64,000 bases of DNA. Origin: Gemmatimonadales bacterium (lineage in GTDB: Bacteria > Gemmatimonadota > Gemmatimonadetes > Gemmatimonadales > GWC2-71-9). The translations under genes were made by a program, and so were the position numbers. The notes beneath the pieces are model-generated. The model searched no databases. It saw only the letters and a program-made list of their open reading frames with translations, and was not told the origin of the DNA. Positions 1 through 9,600 of this stretch are shown in pieces; positions within the stretch are counted from its first letter, which is position 1, and every line of letters starts with the position of its first letter. The stretch lies in contig JBBQFH010000013.1 in assembly GCA_038321865.1 (NCBI GenBank), forward strand, positions 1-64,000, in the 5' to 3' direction.

Positions 1-1271
1 GCCCCGCGGCCGGCGACGTCCTGGCACACGATTCGTTTCTGGATCGGGCCCGGGCCGAGCGTGAACTGGACAACGACGCGGAAGCCCGGCAGGCGCTGGG
101 CGGCTATCTCGTGGCGCGCCTGATCGACCGACTGCTGGAAATCACGGGCGCCGACGAGGATGCGCAGGCCTTCGCGTGGCAGCTCGAAGGGTGCCGGCGC
201 TTCGTCAACGATCTCGCCGATACCTCCGAAGTGTCGCATCTGCGCGGCATCATCGATGCGGTGAACGGGGATCCAGCCTACCGGAACTCCGTCGTCCGCT
301 TCAGCCTCAGCGCCTACGCCTATTACCTGGAACACGAAGGGCGCTGGAGCGAAGCGCTCGATGTGCTGGCGCTCTCGGCACGCGTGTGGGGCGGGGCGGT
401 GCCGCCGCGGGAACTGGCGGCGCTGTCGCTGGTTGTCGGCCGGCTCAACCGCCTGCTGGCGCGGTGGGAACGCGCCAACGACGCCTACCGGCTGGCGGAG
501 GAAGCCGCGCTGGAAGCCGGGGACACCTACTCCGCGTCACGCGCCCGGCTCGGTCGGGGTGCGGTGGCCCGAGGCCAGGGCAACTACCCGCAGGCGCGTG
601 CGCTGGCCGAAGCGGTGATCGCATCGGCCGGCAACCCGGATCAGTCGGACATCCTCGGCCTGGCCTACGGCGATCTGGGTGCCGTGCTCGCGCGCATGGG
701 GCTCAGGATCGAGTCGCTGCAGGCCACCTACCAATGGTTCCTTCGCGCGACCGATCCGGTGCAGCGCGCGGCCGCGCTCGGCGACCTCGGCATCATGCTG
801 GCCCAACTGGGCGCCGCCGACGGCGCGCGTTGCGCCTTCGAGATGGTGGTCGACAGCGGAGCCCGTTTCCAGCTCTCCACCAACGCGCGCCTCGAGTTGA
901 TGCAGATTGAGGGCGCCGCCGGCAATCGCGTGGCCTTCGAGCGTCACCGGGCGGAGGCCAGGAAGCTGGCCGACCGCATGCCCCCCAGCATGGGGGTAGA
1001 TTACCGATTCAAGTCGGGGGCCGGCTTTGCGCAGTTCGGACAGGTCGAACGGGCGCGCACCGTCTGGGAAGAGGCCCGGACGATGGCGGAAGCGCACGGG
1101 CTGAACGACTGGTACTTCAAGGTGGACCAGGCCCTCGCCGGCCTCGAGAAGGCGGTGATGCCCGCCTCCGCGGCGGGCCTGACCGCCCTGGAGCGCGACT
1201 TCGGTGCCGACGCGGTGGTGGCCGGAATCGGCGCGGGGCTCCTGCAGCACAAGGAGTTGGCCCGCGCCTGA
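1..1271 (+). CDS. TPR-like alpha-helical repeat protein, 5' end probably outside the window
   Basis: The frame is open from position 3 (PAAGDVLAHDSFLDRARAE...) through the 111..1271 ORF. It has repeated TPR-like helices (GRWSEALDVL, ARWERANDAYRLA, GNYPQARALAE, ALGDLGIMLAQLG) and no signal peptide or enzyme motif in the visible part. Confidence 0.75.
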   Translation, partial: PAAGDVLAHDSFLDRARAERELDNDAEARQALGGYLVARLIDRLLEITGADEDAQAFAWQLEGCRRFVNDLADTSEVSHLRGIIDAVNGDPAYRNSVVRFSLSAYAYYLEHEGRWSEALDVLALSARVWGGAVPPRELAALSLVVGRLNRLLARWERANDAYRLAEEAALEAGDTYSASRARLGRGAVARGQGNYPQARALAEAVIASAGNPDQSDILGLAYGDLGAVLARMGLRIESLQATYQWFLRATDPVQRAAALGDLGIMLAQLGAADGARCAFEMVVDSGARFQLSTNARLELMQIEGAAGNRVAFERHRAEARKLADRMPPSMGVDYRFKSGAGFAQFGQVERARTVWEEARTMAEAHGLNDWYFKVDQALAGLEKAVMPASAAGLTALERDFGADAVVAGIGAGLLQHKELARA

Positions 1272-1283
1272 CGGCCACCCTTA

Positions 1284-1427
1284 CTAGTGGCAGCGGTTGA
1301 CGGGCCCCTGGGTCTCGCAGGTGGTGTCCAGGGACGGCCGCGGGCCGGTGACATCGGCGCAGGCAGAGGCGAGCGCAGGAACGACCAGCAGGACGGCCAG
1401 GACGACGAGCTTCTTCATGTGAGTCAT
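1284..1427 (-). CDS. 47-aa secreted or lipoprotein peptide MTHMKKLVVLAVLLVVPALASACADVTGPRPSLDTTCETQGPVNRCH
   Basis: GAGGG RBS 5 nt before ATG 1427; KK plus hydrophobic h-region plus ASA-C lipobox-like site; tandem TAG-TAA stops at 1286..1281; it fills the gap between the TPR and AraC genes. Confidence 0.7.
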   Translation of the reverse strand: MTHMKKLVVLAVLLVVPALASACADVTGPRPSLDTTCETQGPVNRCH

Positions 1428-1508
1428 TGTATCCCTCGGGCTGAATTGGTTCAGGGGGCTGCCGGGAACCAATGTCCCGGATTTCTCACGGCTTTATTAG
1501 GCCTTTTT

Positions 1509-1537
1509 TGCGACAAATAGGGCCCCAAGTGCGACAA
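1509..1537. promoter_or_regulatory. TGCGACAA direct repeat with 21-bp period, candidate AraC-type binding site
   Basis: Identical 8-mers at 1509-1516 and 1530-1537 in the AT-rich region between the peptide gene and the AraC gene. Confidence 0.4.
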
Positions 1538-2341
1538 CCACTGATCGTGGCGGCCGTTCCTTCCGAACGGCTCTCCCGGCTTCGCTCCGCCGGCTCGGAC
1601 CAGCACCGCTTTCTGGGTGCGGCAAGCTGGGCGGATGCCGTTGAGGCGATTCGGGTGCGGCCGGTGGTGATGGCCGTGGTAGACCCCATGCTGGGGGGCT
1701 CGCCGCGGACCCACGAGATCGAGCGGCTCAGGCAGCTCTTTCCGTCGCTGCCGCTCCTGGTCTATACGGTGCTGGTGCCCGAAACGGCCGGCGCCCTGCT
1801 CACGCTGGGCCGAGCCGGGATCCGGCGGGCGGTCTTTCACCGCCTGGACGACTCTCCCGAGTGCCTCCGGGAGGCGCTCCGCGGCGAGCTGGAGCAGTCG
1901 GCGTCACGACGGGTGATCTCGGCGCTGTCCGCCCGATTGCCGGGGCTTCCGGACACCGTGATGCAGGCGCTCGAAGGCACCCTCCACGCTCCCGCCTCGA
2001 CGCCGACGGTGTCCCATCTCGCCTATCGCGCGCAGCTCACGCGGCGCGGCTGCGAGCGCGTGTTCGCCAAGCTCGGGCTTCCGTCCCCCGGCGTCGTGAT
2101 GCTGATGGCGCGCCTGCTGTACGCTCATCATCTGCTGCTGGATCCGGGCTACACCGTGGAGGACGTCGCGTTGAAGCTCGGATTCGCCAGGGCACGCACG
2201 CTGCAGATGCATTTCCGGGGCGTGTTCGGACGCACCGCCGGTGATCTCAGGCTCTCCCTGTCGATCGCGGAGACCGTCGCCGTCGTGACCGAGCGATTCT
2301 TTCCGTCCGGTGGTGCCGATGCCCGGGCGGTTGCCTCGTGA
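1529..2341 (+). CDS. AraC-family transcriptional regulator with a receiver-like N-terminal domain
   Basis: C-terminal double HTH (TVSHLAYRAQLTRRGCERVF ... YTVEDVALKLGFARARTLQMHFRGVFGRT). The N-terminal beta/alpha domain looks like a degenerate REC. Start is uncertain (ATG 1472 or GTG 1529). Confidence 0.8.
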   Translation: MRQPLIVAAVPSERLSRLRSAGSDQHRFLGAASWADAVEAIRVRPVVMAVVDPMLGGSPRTHEIERLRQLFPSLPLLVYTVLVPETAGALLTLGRAGIRRAVFHRLDDSPECLREALRGELEQSASRRVISALSARLPGLPDTVMQALEGTLHAPASTPTVSHLAYRAQLTRRGCERVFAKLGLPSPGVVMLMARLLYAHHLLLDPGYTVEDVALKLGFARARTLQMHFRGVFGRTAGDLRLSLSIAETVAVVTERFFPSGGADARAVAS

Positions 2342-2754
2342 CCTTGCGTGTCCTGGTGGTCGATGACGAGCCGGCCATGCGCCGTTCCCTCGAGCGCGCC
2401 CTGGGCGTCGAGGGATACGAAGTTCACACCGCGGCCGACGCGGACTCGGCCTACGCCGTGCTCCAGGAGGTCGAGGTGGACGCGGCGCTGCTCGACCTCC
2501 GGATGCCGCAGCTCACCGGCGAGGCCCTCGCCGTGGCGATGCTGCATCGATGGCCCTATCTCAGCGGCCGGATCATCCTCATGAGCGGCGACCCGTTCGC
2601 CGTGCGCGAGGCATGGCCGGTGGTCCTGCGGTCGTGTCCGCTGCTGGGCAAGCCGTTCAGTCTGGAGTCGCTGCACGAAACGGTGAGCGCCCTCATCACC
2701 CGCGCCGCTGCCGACGCGGCGGCCGGCGCGGTCAAGCGGCGCCGGCGGGAGTGA
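2338..2754 (+). CDS. Single-domain response regulator (REC)
   Basis: VLVVDDE, LLDLRMP, MSG and KPF motifs; GTGA overlap with the upstream stop. Confidence 0.9.
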   Translation: MTLRVLVVDDEPAMRRSLERALGVEGYEVHTAADADSAYAVLQEVEVDAALLDLRMPQLTGEALAVAMLHRWPYLSGRIILMSGDPFAVREAWPVVLRSCPLLGKPFSLESLHETVSALITRAAADAAAGAVKRRRRE

Positions 2755-3410
2755 TCGTGGGATCTCCGATCGTCGCCCCTTCAACCGATCCGCTGGGAAC
2801 GTTACGCGAGTATCGGGCGCTGGCGCCCTGGGGGCTGCGGGATCTGAGCGCCGTCGCCGGCGCCATCCTGGAGGCGTCGGCGGTGGTCCCCATCAACGCC
2901 GCCGCCGCCGCACGGCCGAGCGAACGAACCATTCGTTTTTACGTGATGCGGGGGCTGGTGAGTCCGCCGGACGGCCGCGGGACCGCGGCCGTATACTCCT
3001 ATCGCCACCTGCTGCAGGTACTCGCGGTCAAGCTGCGCCAGATGGAGGGCGCGACGCTGGAGACCATCGCGCGTGAGGCAGCGGGATTTACCGGCGACGT
3101 CGTCGAGCGGCGCGTGGCGCTGGCGCTTGGGGCCTCGCTCGTCCCGCCGAGCGGGCTCCGCCTGTTGCAGGATCCGGGCACCGGGCGCGGCCGGGTGGGC
3201 CGGGCGCTGCAGGGCTGGTTCACCGCACCGGAGCGGACCGATGCGGCCAGCGCGTCGCGCTGCCGCCGCATCCCGGTCGCCGCGGGCGTCGAAGTGCTGA
3301 TGGATGAGCAGCACCCGATTCTGCGGATGGGCGCCGATGCCGACGCGATCGCCGAGACCGTCCGCCGGGCGCTGGCCGCCATGATGCCCGGCGCGCCCGG
3401 CGACGGCTGA
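2751..3410 (+). CDS. MerR-like HTH transcriptional regulator
   Basis: PSERTIRFYVMRGLVSPPDGRGTAAVYSYRHLLQVLAVKLRQMEGATLETI is MerR-type. GTG 2751 overlaps the REC stop (GTGA). Confidence 0.8.
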   Translation: MIVGSPIVAPSTDPLGTLREYRALAPWGLRDLSAVAGAILEASAVVPINAAAAARPSERTIRFYVMRGLVSPPDGRGTAAVYSYRHLLQVLAVKLRQMEGATLETIAREAAGFTGDVVERRVALALGASLVPPSGLRLLQDPGTGRGRVGRALQGWFTAPERTDAASASRCRRIPVAAGVEVLMDEQHPILRMGADADAIAETVRRALAAMMPGAPGDG

Positions 3411-3439
3411 CACTCACGGTTTTCCGGGAAGGGACTGCC

Positions 3440-4015
3440 ATGGGCCTGATCGTCCTGCTGGTGATCGTCGCCGCCGTGTGCTTCTGGATCATGAGCGCCT
3501 ACAACGCGCTCATCTCGCTCAAGAACCAGGTCCACAACGCCTGGAAGCAGATCGACGTCCAGCTGAAGCGGCGGCACGACCTGATTCCCAACCTGGTCAA
3601 TACGGTGACGGGCGCGATGGACTTCGAGCGCGGCACGCTCGAAGCCGTGATTTCGGCCCGGAACCGCGCGGTCGGCGCGGCCGGCGTACAGGACACGGCC
3701 CGGGCCGAAGGCGAGCTCTCGCAGGCGCTGGGGCGCCTCTTTGCGCTGACCGAGTCATATCCCCAGCTGAAGGCGACCGGCAACGTGGCCCAGCTCCAGG
3801 AGGAGTTGACCAGCACGGAGAACAAGATCGGCTTCGCCCGCCAGCTGTACAACGACACGGCGACGCAGTACAACACCCGCCAGATGCAGTTCCCCACGAC
3901 GCTGGTCGCCGGGCTCGCCAAGGCAGCGCCCGCCGAGCTCTGGGAGATCGAGGACGCGGGGGAGCGCGCGGTGCCGGTGGTGGACCTGTCGTCACCGCGG
4001 CCGCCCGCGCCCTGA
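3440..4015 (+). CDS. lemA: LemA family protein
   Basis: N-terminal TM; YNALISLKNQVHNAWKQIDVQLKRRHDLIPNLV; ESYPQLKA; TENKIGFARQLYN. Confidence 0.95.
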   Translation: MGLIVLLVIVAAVCFWIMSAYNALISLKNQVHNAWKQIDVQLKRRHDLIPNLVNTVTGAMDFERGTLEAVISARNRAVGAAGVQDTARAEGELSQALGRLFALTESYPQLKATGNVAQLQEELTSTENKIGFARQLYNDTATQYNTRQMQFPTTLVAGLAKAAPAELWEIEDAGERAVPVVDLSSPRPPAP

Positions 4016-4031
4016 CGCGCTCGGCGCGCCG

Positions 4032-5081
4032 ATGAGCGACGCCAACCTCTTTGCCCAGCAGGAAGCCAACCGCCGCCGCTCCGCGTGGCTCATCGCCGGC
4101 TTCGTCCTCTTCTTCGGCTGGGTCGGCTTCGGCGGTGACCTCGCCTTCGGCCTCCTGACCGCCGATGCGCCGCCCGGCGCCTACCACCACACCGTTCCAT
4201 TCATCGGAATTGTCACCACCGTGATCGCCGCAGTCACCTGCCTCTACGCGTGGGTGCGCGGGGCCGATCGCGTGCTCTGGTCCACCGGCGCGTGGGAGCT
4301 GATCGAGCCGCTCACACCCGATCAGCAGCAGCTGTTCAACGTGGTGGACGAAATGGCGATCGCGTCCGGGCTCAAGCGCCCGCGGATCTGGCTGGTGCCG
4401 GACGACGATCCCAACGCCTTCGCCACCGGCCGCGATCCCGCCACCGCCAGCCTCGCGGTCACCCAGGGGCTGCTCGATACGCTGAGCCGCGACGAGCTGC
4501 AGGCGGTCGTCGCCCACGAGATGGCGCATATCCAGAATTACGACGTGCGCCTGATGACGCTGCTCGCCTCCATCGTCGGGGCGGTCGCGCTGATGTCGGA
4601 TGGGATGGGCCGGATGCTGCGGGGCGGCGCGCGGGCCGGATCGATGGGCGGGGTCGGGCGGCGAATGGGCGGAGGCGGCAAGCGGGGCGGTGCCGGCGCC
4701 CTCGGCCTCATCGTGCTCGTCCTTTGGCTCCTCACCCTGGTGATCGCGCCGATCGTCTCGCGCATTCTGGCGATGGCGGTGAGCCGGAAGCGGGAATTCC
4801 TGGCGGACGCGACCAGCGCGCAGTTCACCCGGAATCCCGGCGCGCTCGCGTCGGCGCTGGAGAAGCTGAATGCCGCCGCCGCTCCGACGGCCTCCATCGC
4901 GAAGGGGACGGCGCATCTCTGCATCGTGGATCCCGCCGCCCAGCGCTTCGACGGGCGCTCGGAGGGGCTGACGGGGATGTTCTCGTCCCACCCGCCGATC
5001 GGCGAGCGCGTGGCCCGCCTGCGGGAGATGGCGTTTCAGCAGCGGCCCGCCGCGCCGACGTCACTGCCGTCGGCCGGGTGA
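4032..5081 (+). CDS. htpX: M48 family membrane zinc metalloprotease (HtpX-like)
   Basis: PNAFATG, HEMAH, SRKREFLAD and SHPP motifs; follows lemA. Confidence 0.9.
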   Translation: MSDANLFAQQEANRRRSAWLIAGFVLFFGWVGFGGDLAFGLLTADAPPGAYHHTVPFIGIVTTVIAAVTCLYAWVRGADRVLWSTGAWELIEPLTPDQQQLFNVVDEMAIASGLKRPRIWLVPDDDPNAFATGRDPATASLAVTQGLLDTLSRDELQAVVAHEMAHIQNYDVRLMTLLASIVGAVALMSDGMGRMLRGGARAGSMGGVGRRMGGGGKRGGAGALGLIVLVLWLLTLVIAPIVSRILAMAVSRKREFLADATSAQFTRNPGALASALEKLNAAAAPTASIAKGTAHLCIVDPAAQRFDGRSEGLTGMFSSHPPIGERVARLREMAFQQRPAAPTSLPSAG

Positions 5082-5090
5082 CGCCGCCCG

Positions 5091-6656
5091 CTAGGCCGGT
5101 GCGCGCGCCGCTCGCCTGCCGCTGACCTGGAAGCCCACCCGGGCGAATTTCTCCCAGTCCGTCTTGCCCCGCCATGCATCCAGCAGTCCGCGGAGCCGCC
5201 AGTAGAGGGTCAGCTGGCGGAAGCCGAGGTTTTCCAGTACCGCATAGGCGAGCAGCAGCATGACGTCGCGCTTGCGGTCGAAGGGCAGGAGGCCGCGCTG
5301 CAGGCGGTCAGCCAGACCCATCCGGAATCGCCAGGCACCGACGAGCACCGCGAAGACGTTGACCAGGATGCCGTAGCCCATGGACGCCAGGAAGAACGCG
5401 AACAGGAATTCGTAGTTGAGGAACCGGTAGCCGGTGAGGATCTCCAGCAGCCAGAACAGCAGCACGAAGGCGTACCCGGCCAGCTCGACCAGCGGGCCGT
5501 AGTATTCGAACACCCAGAAGGTCGGCAGCGCGAACCAGCCGATGCGGCCGTATTTCCGGCGGAACAGCATCGCGCGATGATACATCAGCGACTCCCGGAG
5601 TCCGCGATACCAGCGGCCGCGCTGCTTTCTGAGCGACTCGAAGCTCTCGGGCACCTCGGTCCAGGCCACCGGATGGGGCAGGAACGCGATGCGCTTGTGC
5701 TGCTGCTTGTCCCGCACGTAGCGGTGCAGCCGGACGACCAGCTCCATGTCCTCGCACACCGTCCCGGTGCGCGCGCCGACGTATTCCTGGGTGATCCGGT
5801 GGGTCACGAACGGGGTCAGGTATCCCCCCGCCCGGATGACCGTTTCCTTCTCGAACACGGCGAAGACGCCCGACAGGATCAGGATGGAATCCACCCGGTC
5901 GAGGCCGGTGCGGCCGGTGGTGAAGGAGCGGAGGTATTCGACCATCTGAAAGCGTGCGAGGTCGTGGGCCGGCAGCCCCACGCTCACCACGCGATTGTTG
6001 CGGATCACGCAGCCGTTGGCGATCGCGACCTGCCCGCCCACCGCCACGACGCGCGGATCTTCCTGGATCACGCGCATCAGCTCCTTCAGCGCGCGCTGGT
6101 CGAGAATGGAATCGGCATCGAGCGACACGAAGTAGGGCGCGGTCGACGCATTGATGCCCGCATTGAGCGCGTCGGCCTTGCCCGCGTTCTCCTTGTCGAT
6201 CACGATGACGTGGGCGACGGCGGGAGGCAGCGGGATCGTCGCCTCGTAGAGGGCCCGTACCGGCGCGGTGCCGATCGCCTCGCGGTAGGGCAGATCGCTC
6301 CGCCGGAGGCGCAGCGCGTCCTTCAGGCGCTCGAGCGTGCGGTCGTCCGACCCGTCGTTGATGACCACGATCTCGAATCGCGGGTAATCGCAGTGGATGA
6401 GGTTCATGACGCTGTCGACGATCGTCACTTCCTCGTTGTACGCCGGGACGACCATCGTCAGCGGCTTGGTGTAGCCGCCCGAATCGATGAGATCGAGATC
6501 CTCGACGAAGTGCCCGGCGACGCGCCGGCGCACCTGGCCGGCGGACAGCATGACCAGGATCAGCGTGTAGGTGTTGTACAGCAGGAAATACGCGAGGAAG
6601 AAGGGCTGGACCACCAGCCCGACGCTCACCAGCAGGTGGATCAGCGTGTCCTTCAC
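5091..6656 (-). CDS. Processive GT2 glycosyltransferase (PgaC/IcaA-like)
   Basis: PAYNEE, NDGSDD, GKADALNAG, DADS, EDMEL and QRGRW motifs with N- and C-terminal TMs; GTG 6656 overlaps the HEAT gene stop (GTGA). Confidence 0.9.
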   Translation of the reverse strand: MKDTLIHLLVSVGLVVQPFFLAYFLLYNTYTLILVMLSAGQVRRRVAGHFVEDLDLIDSGGYTKPLTMVVPAYNEEVTIVDSVMNLIHCDYPRFEIVVINDGSDDRTLERLKDALRLRRSDLPYREAIGTAPVRALYEATIPLPPAVAHVIVIDKENAGKADALNAGINASTAPYFVSLDADSILDQRALKELMRVIQEDPRVVAVGGQVAIANGCVIRNNRVVSVGLPAHDLARFQMVEYLRSFTTGRTGLDRVDSILILSGVFAVFEKETVIRAGGYLTPFVTHRITQEYVGARTGTVCEDMELVVRLHRYVRDKQQHKRIAFLPHPVAWTEVPESFESLRKQRGRWYRGLRESLMYHRAMLFRRKYGRIGWFALPTFWVFEYYGPLVELAGYAFVLLFWLLEILTGYRFLNYEFLFAFFLASMGYGILVNVFAVLVGAWRFRMGLADRLQRGLLPFDRKRDVMLLLAYAVLENLGFRQLTLYWRLRGLLDAWRGKTDWEKFARVGFQVSGRRAARAPA

Positions 6657-9600
6657 GCGCCGCCGGCCCACTCCAGCATCGCCGCCACGCGCCCCCGCAC
6701 GTAGGGCACCGGATCGGTCCGCACGACGTCGGTGGCCACCGAATCGCGCACCAGCGCCAGCGCGAGGCCGGCGGCGAGGCGCCGGCGCTCGTCCGGAGCG
6801 CTTCGCGCCGCCTCGCGCAGCTCGGCGAGCGTGCCCGCATCCACGACCGCTTCCGCCGCGTCGGCCGGCGTCACGTCGGCCGGGAGCGCGTCGGCGTCGC
6901 CGCGAAGGATGCGTGCCACCCCCACGGCCGCCCGCACCCGCGCGTCGCCGTCGGCGGCGAGCTCATCGAGCCCCTCTCCGCCGGGAGCCGCCACGAGCAG
7001 CAATGCGATCCCGCGCCTGGTGTCGGCATCGGGATCGCCGAGCATCGTCGCGATCACGTCGTAGCGGCCGGCAGCGGCGGCGGCGCGGGCGGCCTGGCGG
7101 CGCACCGCCGTGACGGGGTCCCGGGCCAGTGCGCCGAGCCGCCGACCGTCGGCCAGATCCGGCCGGGTCACCCAGAGCTGCGCCAGGGTGGCGCGCGCGA
7201 CGGGTGACGTGCTCTCCGACAGCGGATGGAGCAGCGGCGCCAGCCCGGCGTGATGCATCCCCGCCGCCAGGCGAACCAGCACGGGCACCCGGCGCTCGTC
7301 CGCCATCAGCTCCCGCGCCACGGTCTCGAACGCGCCGAACGACGCCTCACTCCGGCCGGCGGCATCCGCCAGCGCCGCCGGATCCTCATCGCTCCGGAGC
7401 GCCCGCAGGATCGCGGGCAGCGTGGCCGCGGGATCGGTGCGGTCGAGCAGCGCGATGCCGGCACGGCGAACGAGCAGGCTCGGATCGGTGACGGCCGCGC
7501 GTGCCGCGCCCAGCAGCGCATCGCCCTCGAGCATCGGCACGACGGCGGCGAGTGCGGCGGCGCGCACCTCCGCGCTCGGATCGCCCCGCAGCAGGCCCAG
7601 CAGCGAGTCGCGGCTGCGCTCGCCCTGAAACGCGGTGAGCGCCGCGACCAGCCGCACGCGTTCCGGCGCCTCCAGCGTGCTGCGCATCCCCTCGGCCAGC
7701 TCGGCCTGCACGCCTTCACGCGATGACGCGGACAGGGCGCGGAGCTCGAGGCTGTGCGACTGACGCAGGCGCAATCCGAGCAGGCGATACTCGGGGTCGT
7801 CGCGCAGCCGTGCCTGCAGCAGCGCGCGCACGTCGCCCTCGTCCATCATCGTCCCGATCCGGCCGAGCATCGTCTCGCCCTCGGACGCGCCGAGTGCGAG
7901 GACCGCCGCGGCGCGCAGTGCCGCCGGCTGGCCCGAACCCGAGGCGGCCACCAGGGCGGCGGCCCCGCCGGGTGCACCGAGCAGGCCGATGGCGAGCGCG
8001 CTGCGTTCGCGCACGAGCGCCGAGGGGTCGTGCGCCAGCATGTCGAGCAGCGCCGGCGCCTGGTCGGACAGCTGCAGCCGGAACACGGCGTCGGCGGCAG
8101 CGGCGCGCACGCCTTCGTCGGGATCCTCCAGCGCATCCGCGACGTACGGCGCGGCGCCGGCGGTCCCGAGGGTGCCGAGCGCGCCGACGGCGGCGATACG
8201 AACGGCCGGCTCGGGGTCCTGGCTCAGCGGGCCAATCAGCGGCAGCGGGGCATCGGCCTTGAGCATGACCAGCGCACGTATCAGGGCGAGCTTGCTGGCC
8301 GAGTCGTGCCCGGTGACGAGAATGTCGAGCAGCGAGCGGACGGCATCGGGCTGGAGCTGGGCCACGGCGCCGACGATGGCCTCGCGCAGGGCGGCATCGC
8401 CATCGCGGAAGGCGCGCAGCAGCGCCGGCACGCTGCCCTCGCCTCCCGTGCGTGCGATCGCGCCGGCGGCCGCGACGCGCACGGCGCTTCCGGTATCACC
8501 CAGCAACGGGATCAGCTCATCGCTCAGGGCGCGCGCGCCGGCTTCCCCGACGGCGGCCGCCGCCGCCGCACGAACGCGTTGATCGGGATCGGCGAGGAGC
8601 CGGCGGAATTCGTCAACGGCGCCGCGATCGCGGGTCGCGCCGAGCGCGCGCGCGGCGGTCGCGCGGACCGCGGGTTCCGGGTCCGCGGTCCGGAGGCGAA
8701 GCGGCGGCCCGACGTCCGCGCCGCCCAGCTCGCCGAGCACGCGGATCGCGGCGGTTCGCACCGGCTCGGCCGGGTCCACGAGCGCCGTGAGCGCCGCGGG
8801 GACGCCGTCGCGCAGGCCGAGGGCGCGAATCGCGTCGAGCGCGCCGGCCCGGACGGTGGGGTCGCGGTCGGCGCCGGCGGTGCGGATCAGCTCGGGGGCC
8901 AGATCGGCGCGCCCGGCGCGTTGCGCCGCGCGAACCGTCGCCGCGCGTACCGCCGGCGATGCGTGCACCAGCAACTCGGCCAGGAGCTCCCGCGCCCCGG
9001 CGACGGCGAACTTGAGCAGCACCTCGTCCGCGTCGCCGGGGCCGGCCGCGTCGATCGTGCCCAGCAGTCGCTGCAGGAAGCCGAGCCGCTCGAGCGCGAT
9101 CGCCGAGCGGCTGCGAATCTCGTGGTCGGGATCGTCGAGCGCGACCAGCAGCGCGGGCTCCGCGGCGTCACCCACCTGCTCCAGCGCCTCGACGCTCCGC
9201 ATCCGGACCCACCAGGCGGGATCACCCAGGGCGCGAACCAGCCGGTCGATGACGTCGGGATCGCCGAACTGGCCGAGTGCGCCCGCGATGCGCGCACGGA
9301 CGAACGGGGCCGGATCGGTGAGCAGGTGCTCCAGGAGGTAGGGAACGGCGCGGCCGTCACCCAGCCGGCCGAGTGAGGTGGCGGCCTTGCCGCGCACCTC
9401 ATCCTCGAGATCGCCCAGCGTCCGGACCAGCACGGGAAACGCGCGCTTGGCCCCGACGTCTCCGAGGATGTTGGCGGCCCACGCCCGGCCCGGCTGGCGG
9501 CCCGGCTCCTCGAGGAAGGCGATGAGCGGGTCCACCACCAGGTCGCCGTGGCGGGAAAGGATGTCGGCGATGCGCGGCGCCAGCCACACTTCGGACGTCC

